In this document: positions 38,691 through 50,620 of the stretch, one piece after another
Position numbering within the stretch: position 1 is the stretch's first letter
Layout of the letters: each line of letters opens with the position of its first letter
Assembly (NCBI GenBank): GCA_013265495.1
Contig: MU057521.1
Location: forward strand, 1,934,335 to 1,998,334
Origin: Vicugna vicugna
Taxonomy: Eukaryota
Direction: 5' to 3'
Length of the DNA stretch: 64,000 nt
Program-made: the position numbers and the translations under genes
The notes under the pieces: generated by a model
Databases searched by the model: none
What the model saw: the letters and a program-made list of their open reading frames with translations, nothing else
What the model was told of the DNA's origin: nothing

Positions 38691-39366
38691 CCCCGAGCAG
38701 AAGCAGGGATGAGGTTACCAGCACTGGGAAGTGAATGTACTAGCCACCATTGTCTTCCAAGTGTTCCTCAGCATTTCAAGCTAGCAAACATTTATGAAGT
38801 GCCTACTGTGTACAGCACACCCTGGCAGGAGCTGCAGATGCGAGCCAGCCAGTGAGCCGTGGTGCTTATAATGTGTCCTTTTACGGACCTACCTTACCTA
38901 CTAAGCTAAGCCACCAAAGACACCAGTATATGAAGACATATCCAGGCCTGTGGACCAGCAACCATTCGCAGACCGTCCTCCATCACTGGATGTACTAGGG
39001 GTTAGATCCTAGGTTTCAAAAGCACCCAAGAAAACAAGGCTCAGAACTCTGACAATCAGAGCTGTTCTTTTCTTCCAGGACACAGAGTGGGTTGATATGG
39101 AACATAAAGGCATTTGTCTCTTAGCATTACTAATTCTCAAACCCATAATCTACTTTAACTTCAGGTACAACAAACACTTAAAACTAGGAAAGTAGCTGAG
39201 AAAACATGAATGTCTGGGAAAACTGAACATTTTATTACCTGTGAAGCCATGCTGGGGGGATGAAAGCTCTTGTAAAGGATGATTTTTTTTTTTAATTTGA
39301 AGACTGGTATTTTGATAGCAGCTGTGCAAAGTTTTCTGAAGAGCTCAAGGTGAGCTGTGACATAAA

Positions 39367-39499
39367 GCGATCACATGTCCCAGCTTGTCAGGGAGCGTCC
39401 CGGTTTACACCTGTTGTCCCTGCAAAATTATTAATAATGCCTCCCCCTTCCACTCTCATAACGGTCTCTATCTGAATGAGACGTTATATGACCACTCTA
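39367..39499. mobile_element. MER94-like hAT-Blackjack MITE
   Basis: gtcccggtttacacctgttgtccc...aattattaataatgcctcccccttccactctca...ttatatgaccactcta. Confidence 0.7.
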
Positions 39500-40224
39500 G
39501 CTGTGAGGGTATGGTCACATTGCAGTGGCCTGACCATTTGAGGTAAGACAGTTTGCTCAAATACACCGGGGAGCTGATGCCGAGAAAGGGGCAGAATCCA
39601 GGCTTCCTGACACCAAGCCCAGGCTCTATCTCAGGGAACATATTTCCTCTAAGTTGTTTCCTCATCAATTAATCACAAAAAGCACTTTGGGAAATGGTAA
39701 AGATGCATAAGCATGGTTTCTGCAAACTAGCACTTACAGTTTCGTTGAGGAGACAAAGCACATGTATGTTCAATAATTAAACAGGGCAAATAGATTCATA
39801 ATGCGGGGCCAATTACGTGGTTCAAATGACAATTTCAGAAGGAGTTAGAGAAGGGAAAAACCCTTGATGGGCTGCGGACCTCAGGGAAGGTTTCTGGGAG
39901 ATGATGGAACCTGAACGGGGTCTTAAATGGAAAAAAAGGAAGAAAGGAGAGAGGGAAAGGGTATTTTTCTTTGAAAAAAAATTCAAAAAACAGAATTGTG
40001 ACAGGGATAAACCACTTAAGTGATTCTATAAGCATTACTGCCTTATATTCTAGGAAATTGAAAAAGAAAATCAACATAAATGGTCTACATGTGCTTCCCA
40101 AAATTTCACCGTGATTTAAGGCACAATAATCACCAGGCTGAGGTGTCCTGCAACCAGACAGGTGCTGGCTGCGAGATGACGGTGCTCTTTCCTGTGATGC
40201 AGTGAGAAGAAAGTGGCCACCTTG

Positions 40225-40365
40225 AGTTTCTATCTTCAGCTTTTTCACTAATGGGCCCTGTGTCTGCGGGCAATGTTTTAATCAGTTCTGAGACTCAGTT
40301 TCCTTAAATAAAATGGTAGGGTTGGGCGAAGTGATCTCTAAGAACCTCCTTCCAATCTCTGGCCC
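40225..40365 (+). mobile_element. MIR SINE
   Basis: tctgagactcagtttccttaaataaaatgg...tgatctctaagaacctccttcc. Confidence 0.6.
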
Positions 40366-41123
40366 TTTACAGTCAATTGCAGGTTTTGTTAAGTATGCCC
40401 TAGATTTAGCTCAATAGTGAATGTGAGTGTTCATTTGCAGAAAAATGGGAAGTATTAAGCTGATCCTACGGATTCCTTTCCACTACAAAGATAGGAAATT
40501 CTTAAGAAAAATCACAACGCAGTGCCTGGAAGGAAAGAAGGAAGAGAGAGAAGCACTGGCTCTAGGAATGAAGAAAAATTGAAGCCAGGGCTTGAACAAA
40601 AAGTTGATGTAATGGTGTCCAAAGGAGTTTCAGACCGACATAAATGTTCTTGGGGATCTGCGGATAGTGATTGGAGTCTGATGTCCATGAAGAGAAATGG
40701 CCTTGGTCCTGCAAGAACTGGGGGGAGGGAGGCAGAACTGAGCCTTTTTCATAAATCTCAAAGCCTTAAAAAGTCACCCTATCTGTGAAAAGAGGACAAA
40801 AAAACCAGTGCTTACTGGCCTCAAGATGAAAAGCAGACAATTGCCTTATATGCAGAGCTTAGGACACCTCTGAGAAATCAAAACTCTAAACATGAGCCAC
40901 ATTCAGTTGTAGGATGAGAATTTACGTTGTAGGATCAGAATTTACATTATCTGTGTGTCTGAATGTGGGACAAGAAATGAACATAAACAAAACTCCGGGG
41001 CCACTGAACCTTCTTTGATCACTAGAAAAAACAAATATGAAACAACCATATAGGGACAATTTCACAACTGAGGACTCCTAAGATTCCCACAGAAAAGAAA
41101 TCTCTGTGAAGAGAAACTTGCCA

Positions 41124-41144
41124 ACACACACACACACACACACA
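41124..41144. repeat. (CA)n microsatellite
   Basis: acacacacacacacacacaca. Confidence 0.9.
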
Positions 41145-41149
41145 AGGGA

Positions 41150-43480
41150 ATTAACTACTATGAGGGATAGTCATAAAGGGAACTTTTCTAAAACTGAAAT
41201 CTAAGAACCGGAAAAATACTACAATCTGAAATGGACAACAAAATAAGATTTCTTAAAATTATTAAAGGGATAAAAGAAAGACTAAAAACCACAGTGAAGT
41301 AACAGGAGTAAATAAAAAACAGCAGTCTTGAAAAAGAACAAGACAGAGCTCCTAAAAATAACCTCAGTGGAAAAGTTAGACAGCAGAGTGACACAAATGT
41401 AGAATTAGTGAGCTGGAAAAAGAGACTTGAGGGAATCAACCAAAATGCAACACAGGACTTCCAAGAAAAAATGGAGACTTGAACACACCATATCTAATAT
41501 TGGTCTCACCGAAACCACACTAAGACTGGATAAGACTAGAGAAAGTGACCATTTAAAAGATATGAACCTGTAAGGACATGGAGAACAAGTGAAGGGCTAA
41601 TAGCAGTCAGATTTTGGAAGATGGAAAACAGATGGACAAGTGGTAATAGAACTAACAGAAAAAGGAGGCGGAATCCTAAACTAGGGATAAGAAAAGTTAG
41701 GAATCACCAGCTGCGCAAAAGATCCAGAACAGATGGCACCAGTTACCTTTGGAACCGGGGAGGGAGGAAAAAGGAGGAGTGACTAAAACCAGGAGATGGG
41801 AGGAAAGCTGTGTGAGAACCAGTTTTAGCCCCAGAGCCCCCAGATCCCCTCCTCAACTCCACCCTGCTGGGCAGCAGCCTCTATCCCAACTGGTAAAATT
41901 GGAGCTTTGGTCTTTGGAGACAGGGTTCCTGGATTGGGAGATGCCATACATCAAACAAAACAGAAAATATGCCCATGAATGCTGACCCCTCCAATCTTAT
42001 TCCTCACTTCAGCTCTCAGCACGGGGATGGGCAGAGCTTCAGAGTGTTCCCAGGAGAATCTGACCATCCCCTTAGTTCTTCAATAGGAGACTTCAGGGCT
42101 TGACATAAGCAGTTTCCTAAGAAATGGCATTAACATACTATTCTACACTGATGCTCCAAGTCAACAAGCCCCACACAGCTTCAGAGCTTCCAATAAACTT
42201 CTTAGTTCTTCATTCTTAAATATGACCAGACAGGCAAGGACTACCAGATATGCAGGGAAAGCCTCTACATAGGAGTCCAAAATACACAGAAAAGGCAACA
42301 AGGAAGAAACAGAGGCCATGAAGGGAGAAGAAAATTTCAGAAGAGAATAACTTTTTTTTTTCAGAAAGCTAAGAGAATGTCACACACACATGAAAACAGA
42401 ACAGAATACTTAAAAAAAAAACCCAACTATTTATAGATGAAAAGAGGAAATTTAAAACAATAACAGAAATGAAAACCCAATAGACAGGTTGGAAATCGAA
42501 ATTGAAGAAATCGCCCAAAAAAGAGAGCAAAAAATAAAGAGATGGAAAACAGGAGAGAACATAGTGGGGTATTAGAGGACTGGTGTAGTGAGCACAACAC
42601 CCACATAACAGGAGTTCTGGAAAGAAAGAGGCGTTAACAGAGAGAAGCAGATTTGACAGACTGAAAGAACACATTGATTGCTCAACACAGTAGATGAAAA
42701 TAGACTCCCACATAGGAAAATTGTTGTGAAATTTAGAATACGGGGGAAAAGAAAAGATTCTACAAGGTCCCAAGAGAAAGAAAAAATAAAGGTCAGGCAC
42801 AAAGTATCAAGAATCAGAATGGTTTTAGCCTTCGAACAGCAACGCTGGGAGGCGGCATGCAACACAGCAATGTCTTCCACTTCTGAAGAAAATTTTGTTT
42901 TGACCTAGAAGATAGATAAGCCACCTGGTGAGAAGGTAAAGATGTTGGTAGACATTCAAAGTGTGAATCCGTCTCTCTTGGATCCATTTTTGAAAGGCTA
43001 CTACTGTAGATCAGGAGCCACAAAAGTGAAGGAGTGGAAGAGGAGGAACTTTTATGTGATCCAATACAGGACAAAGGCAGAGGGGTGATGTAATGAAGAT
43101 CACTGACTGGACCAGTGGGCCAAGAGGAAGACCTGTTGAGGGCCACCACCACAACGTAAATGAAATGGCATCGTGATAAATTTTAAAAAGTAGATTTGTA
43201 AAAAAATAAAAATAAAAAAGTTGTATGGGGACAAAAAAAGATAGACACAAAATAATAGATGATACAACAGCCATGAGTGTCATATCAGAACACAAAAGAG
43301 AGAAAAGCTGGGTTCAAGTGTTCTGAGGATTCTATATTATATTGTTTGGGAAGCAGAGATACAGATAACACTTTAATTTTAGACTTTGTGAACTCAGATA
43401 TAATTCTTAAAAAGGTTTACACGCAACAGCTGAGATACAGAACAAAACATATTCATTACAAATCAAGAGGAAAAAAATAG
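41150..43480 (+). mobile_element. Ancient L1M-type LINE, 5' part (5' region and ORF1-like remnants), highly decayed; may be more than one element
   Basis: A-rich + strand. ORF1-like decayed text such as agaattagtgagctggaaaa (~41400), cacataacaggagttctggaaag (~42600), gaaaattgttgtgaaatttagaa and caagaatcagaatggttttagccttc (~42720-42840). Confidence 0.65.
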
Positions 43481-43481
43481 T

Positions 43482-44307
43482 CTTTTTTTTAAACAGTATG
43501 ACTATATTTTTGCACCTGGGAGGCAAGGTGAGAGAGAAATCACAACAGGAGAAAGGTCGGGGAAGGCCTGGAGTCACCAGTAAGAGGCAGGGAGGGCTCT
43601 GCTGGACTCACCACAGGATGAGAGGAACTTCCAATATATCGTCCCCTTTGGTTCTCCCCTGGGGTTCTCAAGCTTCTTGAAGTTCTTCAGGATGATGTCA
43701 TATAATATAGCACAAGCTCTGAGGATTTCCATGACAACCAGCAGGGTCCAGGTACTCTGCTGCGCTGGGGAAGCCTTCCAGCTAGGTATAAAGGGTGTTC
43801 ATCAGCTCAAACACCTTCTAATGCACAGCCACTCCAAAATTTTTCCATCTTCCATCCGAGGTATCTGCAGCTGCAACTAGGTGGTGACCAGGTTGACTAC
43901 CCAGTGACATCCGCGGTCCCAGACTTCAGGCACTGCAGGAGAATTTCAATCTTCTTGCCACTCACTGGGTCACTGGGAGGACCTTTGCCTTCATCTTCTC
44001 CTGTTGTCTTTTCATCTCTATCTTCCTCCTCCTGCTGCTTCTTCCATTCCTCCTGCTCTTTCCTCTGGACTAGATGGGAACCAGGATGTCCAATGGGGCC
44101 TTTAGATAGCTCTGGCTTCTTGAGAGCTAGTTCCTTCAAAAATGCACCCAACTCAGAAATCTTCTTGGGGAAGTATCTCCTGCAGCAGGTTCTGTCTTTT
44201 GCACGGGTCTTCAAGAAGCATCTCCACCCGGGCTTGAGCCCTGAGCATGGCCGGGGCGCCTCGCACCACAGGAGGTGCAAAGAGCGGGCACAGGGAAGAG
44301 AGCGAAA
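43482..44307 (-). pseudogene. PSME1: Processed (intronless) pseudogene of proteasome activator subunit 1 (PA28-alpha), with 5'UTR, CDS remnant (~44248 to 43631), 3'UTR and poly(A) remnant
   Basis: Minus-strand translation gives YFPKKISELGAFLKE, EEWKKQQEEEDRDEKTTGEDEGKGPP, LLQCLK, TT*LQLQIPR, VMEILRACAILYDIILKNFKKLENPRGEPKGTIY. These match PSME1 as I recall it (YFPKKISELDAFLKE, EERKKQQEKEDKDEKKKGEDEDKGPP, LYDIILKNFEKLKKPRGETKGMIY). No introns; frameshifts; in-frame TAG at 43877-43879 and 43818-43820; native stop reads TGG at 43631-43633; T-run at ~43483-43490. Confidence 0.95.
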
Positions 44308-44329
44308 TCAACTGGAAAATTCAAGTAAT

Positions 44330-47300
44330 CTAGCAGAAGACAGGATAGGAAAAAAAATAAGAAGCAGCAAGGCAGATAGAAAACGTTTGGATTCCTAGTG
44401 AATTCCAAATGTATGACTTATCATAATAAATGTAAATGGCTTAAGCTAATCCATTAAAAGGCAGAAATCCTCAGACTGAATTCTGTAAAATTCCAGCTGT
44501 TTACAAGAGAAGTGGAAAACATAATCTAGTAAGAAGGATAAGCATGAAAAAATGTATTCGAATAATGAGTGTTCCTACAGATAATAAATGTTCAATAAAT
44601 ATTTATATAATTGAATGGATTAATTCATCTGATAAAAAAGACTTTGCAGCCAAAAGCATTTGGGGGGATAAAAAGATTACTGCTTAATGATAAAGATATA
44701 TTCACCAGCAATCCTTCTATATACCTAACCACACAGTGTCAAATACATATAGCAAAAATTGGTTTAATTATATGAAGGCAACAAATTCAAAATTATAGTG
44801 AAAGATTTAAGCACATATCTCTACGAAATCAACAGACCAAGCTAAAAAAGGGAAAAATTCAAATAATGCGCATTACAAACTTCATCTAATGAATATGAAG
44901 AAAACTCCACCCAGGAAATAAAGAATACACATAAAATGTTTGTAAATTGACCAGGTTCTAGGCCACAGAGCAGGTCTCAACAACTTTCAGAGAACTGCTA
45001 ACACTCAAACCACGCTCATCAACCATAATACAATAAAAGTTGAAATCAATAACAAAACCACAGCCCCCAAACCCCAGTACATCCTGAAATTTCAAAAACA
45101 CACTGCCAAATTACTAAGATAAAATCAAAATGAAAGTAACAAAATATTTGGAACTGAACAATAGTTAAAACCCTAGATCTCAGTAGAAGGAATGTTCAAC
45201 ATTAAATGTAATACCAGAAAACAAGAAACATTTTAAATTAAGAAGATAAAAAAGAGCAATAAAGTAAACCCAAAGAAAACAGAAGAAAATTCTTCTTCCA
45301 CAAATGGATGAAGATAAAGTAGTAGGAAGGCACGAATAAAGACAATAACAAATCAATAAAACGCAAAGAAACAATACACATAGGAACAAAACAAACGTGG
45401 ATTCTTTAAAAAGACTAATGAAATAGATAGATACTCAACAAGAATGAGCAAGAGAAACAAAAGAAAACACAGATAAACACTATTAGCTATGAAAAGGAGC
45501 CACAACCACAAATGCAGTGAAGATTTTTTTTTAAGTATGAGAATTCTATTCTCTACTTTAAAGCAATAAATCTAAAATCAGATGAAATGGAAAAATCTCC
45601 CAGAAAAATATTACCAAAATAGAAAAACAACAAAAGCTCTTGAATGTATTTTTGTAAGTTCAGTTTAAAGGTATATTTTAGAAGTAGATAGTACAAGAAA
45701 GGAAGCAATAGGTCAATCTCAGTTAAAAATATCAATGCGACAATCCTAAATAAAATATCAGCAAGCATACCAGCAGTGTAGTGTGTATAGAAATATATAT
45801 TGATTTTTAATATATGTTTTTTGGTATGACGTACATCAAGTACATACATACCCTACATGATATACATCATATTTCTCACATGGTAAATATATGGTGTGCC
45901 TGTGAGTGTGTGTGTGTTTGTAATGATCCAGTAAGGTTTATTCCAGAAGCTCAAAAAGATTCAAAATTAGAAAGTGTTACTGTAATTCACCACACTGACA
46001 GATTAAGAAGGAAAAACTATATAAATCAACATAATAGATGCAGAAAAAACATTTATAAAATTTAACACCCATCCAGAATTTTAAAATATAATAAAATACC
46101 TAGCCAAGCAAGAACAAAAGGAAGTTTTTACTAAGCAGTTTCTACTAAGAAGCTGCAATAAACTTAAGGAACATATTCCCTTTAAAGTCAAGAACTAGAC
46201 AATTACGCTTTTTCTATCACTATTCCATTCATCCTTGTATGAGATCTGTGGCTGACACAATAAAACAAGAAAAAGGAGTAACAGAAATAAAGATTTGAAA
46301 TGGAGACCCAAAAGAAGAATTATTTGCACATAAGATTGTCTATATAGAGGATCCATGAGAAACTACAATTACAAGTCATAAGAGAGTTTGACAAGAACGC
46401 TGGAGACAAAACTAATATACAAACATCCATGACATCCTTATCAGCCAATTAGAAAATGTAATTTTTAAAAGATCTCATGAGCAATAGCAATAAACCATGA
46501 CAAACCTAAGAATAAATCTAAAGAAAGAGGTACAAGAGTTAAATGGAAGCAAATTATAAAACTTCACTGAAAGTCATAAGACCTAAATAAATAGAGATAT
46601 AGATCATGCTCAGACATGAGAAGATTTGACATCAATTCCTCCTAAGTTAATACATAAATTAAGTAGAACTCATATTAAAATCCCAGAAAGTTTTTCATGA
46701 ACATTTTTAGAAGAATCAAAGAAAAAAAAAGCCAAAACAATATTTAAAAAATGTTAAGACAGAGACTTGTCCTAATAGATATAAAGACATTTATTAATGC
46801 CTTATAATTAAGATACAATAGGCTTGGTGCCAATATGGAGAACCAGACCAGCGTAATAGAGAGAGAGCCCGTCCATGTACAGGAACTTGGGATGCAACAG
46901 AGGTAGCACTATAAAACGGTGGGAAATGACTAAACTATTTATTAGATGGTTCCGGGACAATTAGTTATCCATACAGAAAAAAGCAGATCTCTAACTCATG
47001 TTATATCGAAAAAACAAGTCCAAGAGAAGTGCAGTTAGCTTTAAAATATTTAGAAAAAAATATAGACTCTATTTTGATAATCTTGGGCTAGGGAATGACA
47101 AAATAGCACAAATCAGAAAGCAAAAAAAAGAAGAAAATGTTGATCAATTTCATTTTAAAACTTATGTGACAAAAGACACCAAAAACAAAGGTTAAAGGCA
47201 AGAAATAGAGATACAAGATTTTTTTAAAGTATCAAAGGATGTGTGTATGTGGTATTTATTTGCCCATTTCCCCCATCTTTCAATCTAGGTATACAGTTAT

Positions 47301-48670
47301 CTTATCAGTCTGGAGACCTAAAGAATAGTCCTAGTTCTAACACTATTATACTTCGTGACACAGAGCAAATCAGTCAACCTCTCTGGGCCTCAGCGTGTTC
47401 ATCTGTAAAATGGGGCTAGTCACAATGCTTATGTCTTAAAGAACAGTCTAGAACTAGACAGATCTGGACTTGATCCAGCCCCACTATGGACCAGCTGTGA
47501 GAACTCAGTCAATTTGTTGAAACTCTCTAAAAGGTTCTATCTTCATCTATAAAATAGGAATAGAGATAGCATTCAGCTCACAAACTTGCTATAAGAATTT
47601 CACAGAGTGAAAAATGAAAACCTCTCAGCACACTGCCACCAACAAAATAAAATTACAAAACCGAGAGAAGGCATGTACCATGCATATAATAAAGGATTGG
47701 TATCAAGAATATAGTGTATACGCCAATAAATCAAAAAGGAAATAAACACACCAAAAGAAAAACTGGCAAAGGATAAAAAGGGAAAATCCATACAAGAGAA
47801 AACCTGACTTCAGTGAGCAAATGAAAAGACACCTGACCTCAGTAGTAACCAGGAAATCACATCTAAACCCTACACAGCCACTGGATGGGCAAACGGGAAT
47901 TTTAAATATGGTGGTGACATGTATTGGAGAGAATATGAAGCAGTAGGAATTTCCAGACCCATGCTGGTGGTGAACTGGTACCATCACTTTGGAGAGCAAT
48001 TTGATGACATCTAGGGAGGTTGAAGATGTGCTAATTTTACCACTTTGCTACTGGATTGGTGTATAGTATACGTCTGTCTATCTACCTATCTACCTACCTA
48101 TCTACCTGTATCTCCAAGAGAAAGTCAACTCTCCCACACGTCGGCAAATAACATGTACATGTTGTAGCATCATCTGTAATGTCAAATTTTTGTTGGAAAC
48201 AGCTGTAATATTCCTCAAATGGACATTTAAAAAGTTAGAAACAACTTTATCGCCCTTTCTTTGATAGAATACTAAACAGCATGGGACACAGTGGAAGTGA
48301 AGGTATGTGTTTTACAACAGACACATCTTACAAATATAATGTAGAACCCAAAGACAATGATATCATTTAGATAAGCTTGAAAACATTTAAAAATATACAC
48401 ATCGTCTACAGATACACACAGGTGTAAAAGATGCAGTCGTGCGTGGTAATCATATGCATCAAATTTAAACTGGTAACTGTGACGCTCAGAGAAGGGAGGG
48501 GGGAATGGCATTGGGGAACTGTTTTAACTGTTTTCTCTCTGTCTCTCTTTTTTAAAGGTAAGTGAGAAGATCTGAAACAAATATGGCATAAAGATGTGAC
48601 AGCGATGGTAGATACCTATGCACTTGCTATCTTAGTCTCTGTATTTCCTGTTTGCTTAAAATATTTCACA
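44330..48670 (+). mobile_element. Ancient L1M (L1ME-like) ORF2 and 3' end, decayed, interrupted by MIRs at ~47300-47620
   Basis: ORF2 start motif ataaatgtaaatggcttaagc...ccattaaaaggcaga (INVNGL..PIKRQ) at ~44425. Further ORF2-like text: atcaacataatagatgcagaaaaaacattt (~46030), agagagtttgacaagaacgctgga (~46380), ggttccgggacaattagttatccatacag (~46950), tggtaccatcactttggagagcaattt (~47980). Confidence 0.85.
47300..47620 (+). mobile_element. Two adjacent MIR fragments within the L1M ORF2 remnant
   Basis: aacctctctgggcctcagcgtgttcatctgtaaaatgggg and cttcatctataaaataggaatag. Confidence 0.75.
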
Positions 48671-50039
48671 ATTTAAGAACCCTGCGCTTGGCATAGTTAA
48701 AGATCTTGATAGATATTATCATTTGTTCCTAGAGGCCCCTGAGGCAGGTAGGGCAAGTGTTATGATTATCGCTCGACGGACAGGAAGGTGAGGGAGGGAT
48801 GGGCGCGGTGGGCACAAGGCTTAACCGTCTGTGGGCTCAGAGCCCTCATTTCCCTCGTTCGGTAATTTATACACAAAGGGAACTTGGTGCAAAACGGCGT
48901 GGGTGGGTGCATGGGAAGACAGCCTCTTCCTTTCTGGAACAGACCGTAGCCTGAGGTAGGGCAATGACATAATGTCATAAAAAGGGAAGGAGCCAGGCTG
49001 CCCAGGTCATCTGACAGCTTTTCAATGAAATCTGTAACTCACACGTGGAAGCGGGGAACATTCCCTGCACATCTGCCGAGGAGGCGGAAGGGGCCGGGGG
49101 AAGTGAGAAAAGTGACCTCAGTCCCGGCACCACTTCGCCTTCAGAACACACTATCCTGGGAAGGGCAGGACGCTGTGCTGGGGCCATGAGACCCGCAGAC
49201 TGGTCCAGGATTGGCCCCTTTTGCTCTCTGGCTTCCTGCTCTTCTGATTTATACAACTGAGGAGGTGAACTACCATCGTGAGGCCAGCGAAGTTCTAGAA
49301 TCTGTGTCCCTTCTGGTTTTCAGGAGTTTTTCCCTAAAACTTGGATTTCTTAAAATCTGAAAGAGGAGGTTCGTATTTAACGTTTGCACATGGCTATGAG
49401 CTCATTCCTGGACCTGTCACAGCGATGTCCTTTCCTCCCGGGGACATACATAAAACGCCGGGAAACAGTACTGCGGTATCCGGAAGTCTCAGCAAACACT
49501 CCTCCATCCTGCTCCCAGCACCAATCCCACTTGTGGGCCCTGGGGACCCTTGGGTACAGAGGTCAAAGTGGTTGTAGCTTCAACAAGCAGCGACTCATAG
49601 GGTCCATCCCACTCTGGGGGTAACACATGCTGTGGGGAGGTGGGGAGGAGGTAACCCCATGAGTAGCTCAGCCCTGAAGCAGCACCACATGCACATTGTA
49701 GGCTGGAAATAAGAAAGAATTTCCTGGCCGTAGGAATTGCCAAAGAGTAGGGTGGGTAACCAAGGGAGGTTCCACAGTCTCTTCTGGAGAGCTTTAAAAA
49801 CCAGAGACAATCTGACATATGAGATGATTTTTGTTTTGCAGTCCTGACAGATGGACCTGGTCCCTGTCTTCCCAGGCATACCGGTCCTACCCTCTGCTTT
49901 CTCTCTCCTCTCAGTAAGACAGACGCCGCCTGTGTCCCCCCCCGCCCCCCGCCACGGGGAAGCACACTCTTTGCAATCCATGAGGCTTGTTTTCATTCGA
50001 TTCCTTGCCTCCTAACACCTTTCCTTGTTATTTTATGGA

Positions 50040-50620
50040 AAGTTGGTCAAAGGTCAGAGTTGCCCAATTACCCACACATAGTTTGGTGGCGGCATCAGAT
50101 ACCCAGGCAAAACAGAGATGATTCCAACTCCAGCCTAAACTCCAAGGCTGGATGGAAACAGAAAAATTAGCTGCTGCTAACAATCCATCGTAAATGAAAA
50201 TATGATCCCAGTAATTGATTTTAAATAGATTTTTTAAAAGAATCCTTGGCCGCATTTCATCAAGAATACAGAGTTTCAAAAGCGTTCATTCCAGGGTTGG
50301 ATTTTTTCAACCCTTTTCTTCTGGCTTAAACCCCAAATGGCCAAGAGCCGAGTCTGAATAAACAGTGTGGGTGGTGACTGTTCTGTGAGGCCCAGTAGAG
50401 GATGCAACCACTTTCTTATTCGGTTCAGCATTAAATCATGTGAAACCAGCCTGATGACTCCATGTAACTTTTACTTGGTAATGGAGGGCGATATTAACAT
50501 GTCCTCTTTCTCCACTTCTCAGGGAGAAAAAAAAATTAATTCTCCTAACAGCGCAGGTTTAATTATGTATAAAGTTCATTGACCTCACAGGCGGCTGTCA
50601 GATGATCTTGCGAAGGCCTG
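50040..50620. promoter_or_regulatory. Candidate enhancer (DR1, IR1, HOX/PBX, MEIS and M-box motifs) in apparently repeat-free DNA
   Basis: TGGTCA-A-AGGTCA 50044-50056; ATTAAATCA 50430-50438 overlapping TCATGTGA 50436-50443; AGTTCA-T-TGACCT 50573-50585; CTGTCA 50595-50600. Confidence 0.45.

Noticed and set aside
40906..40947. Short tandem duplications (here gttgtaggat.agaatttac x2; also ~949, ~32835, ~61018) as CRISPR-like repeats
   Set aside because: Two-copy slippage duplications with no regular repeat-spacer array, in eukaryotic DNA.
43897..44280. 127-aa ORF with PSME1-like segments as a functional retrogene
   Set aside because: It drifts in and out of the PSME1 frame, and the downstream part has two TAG stops and a large deletion.
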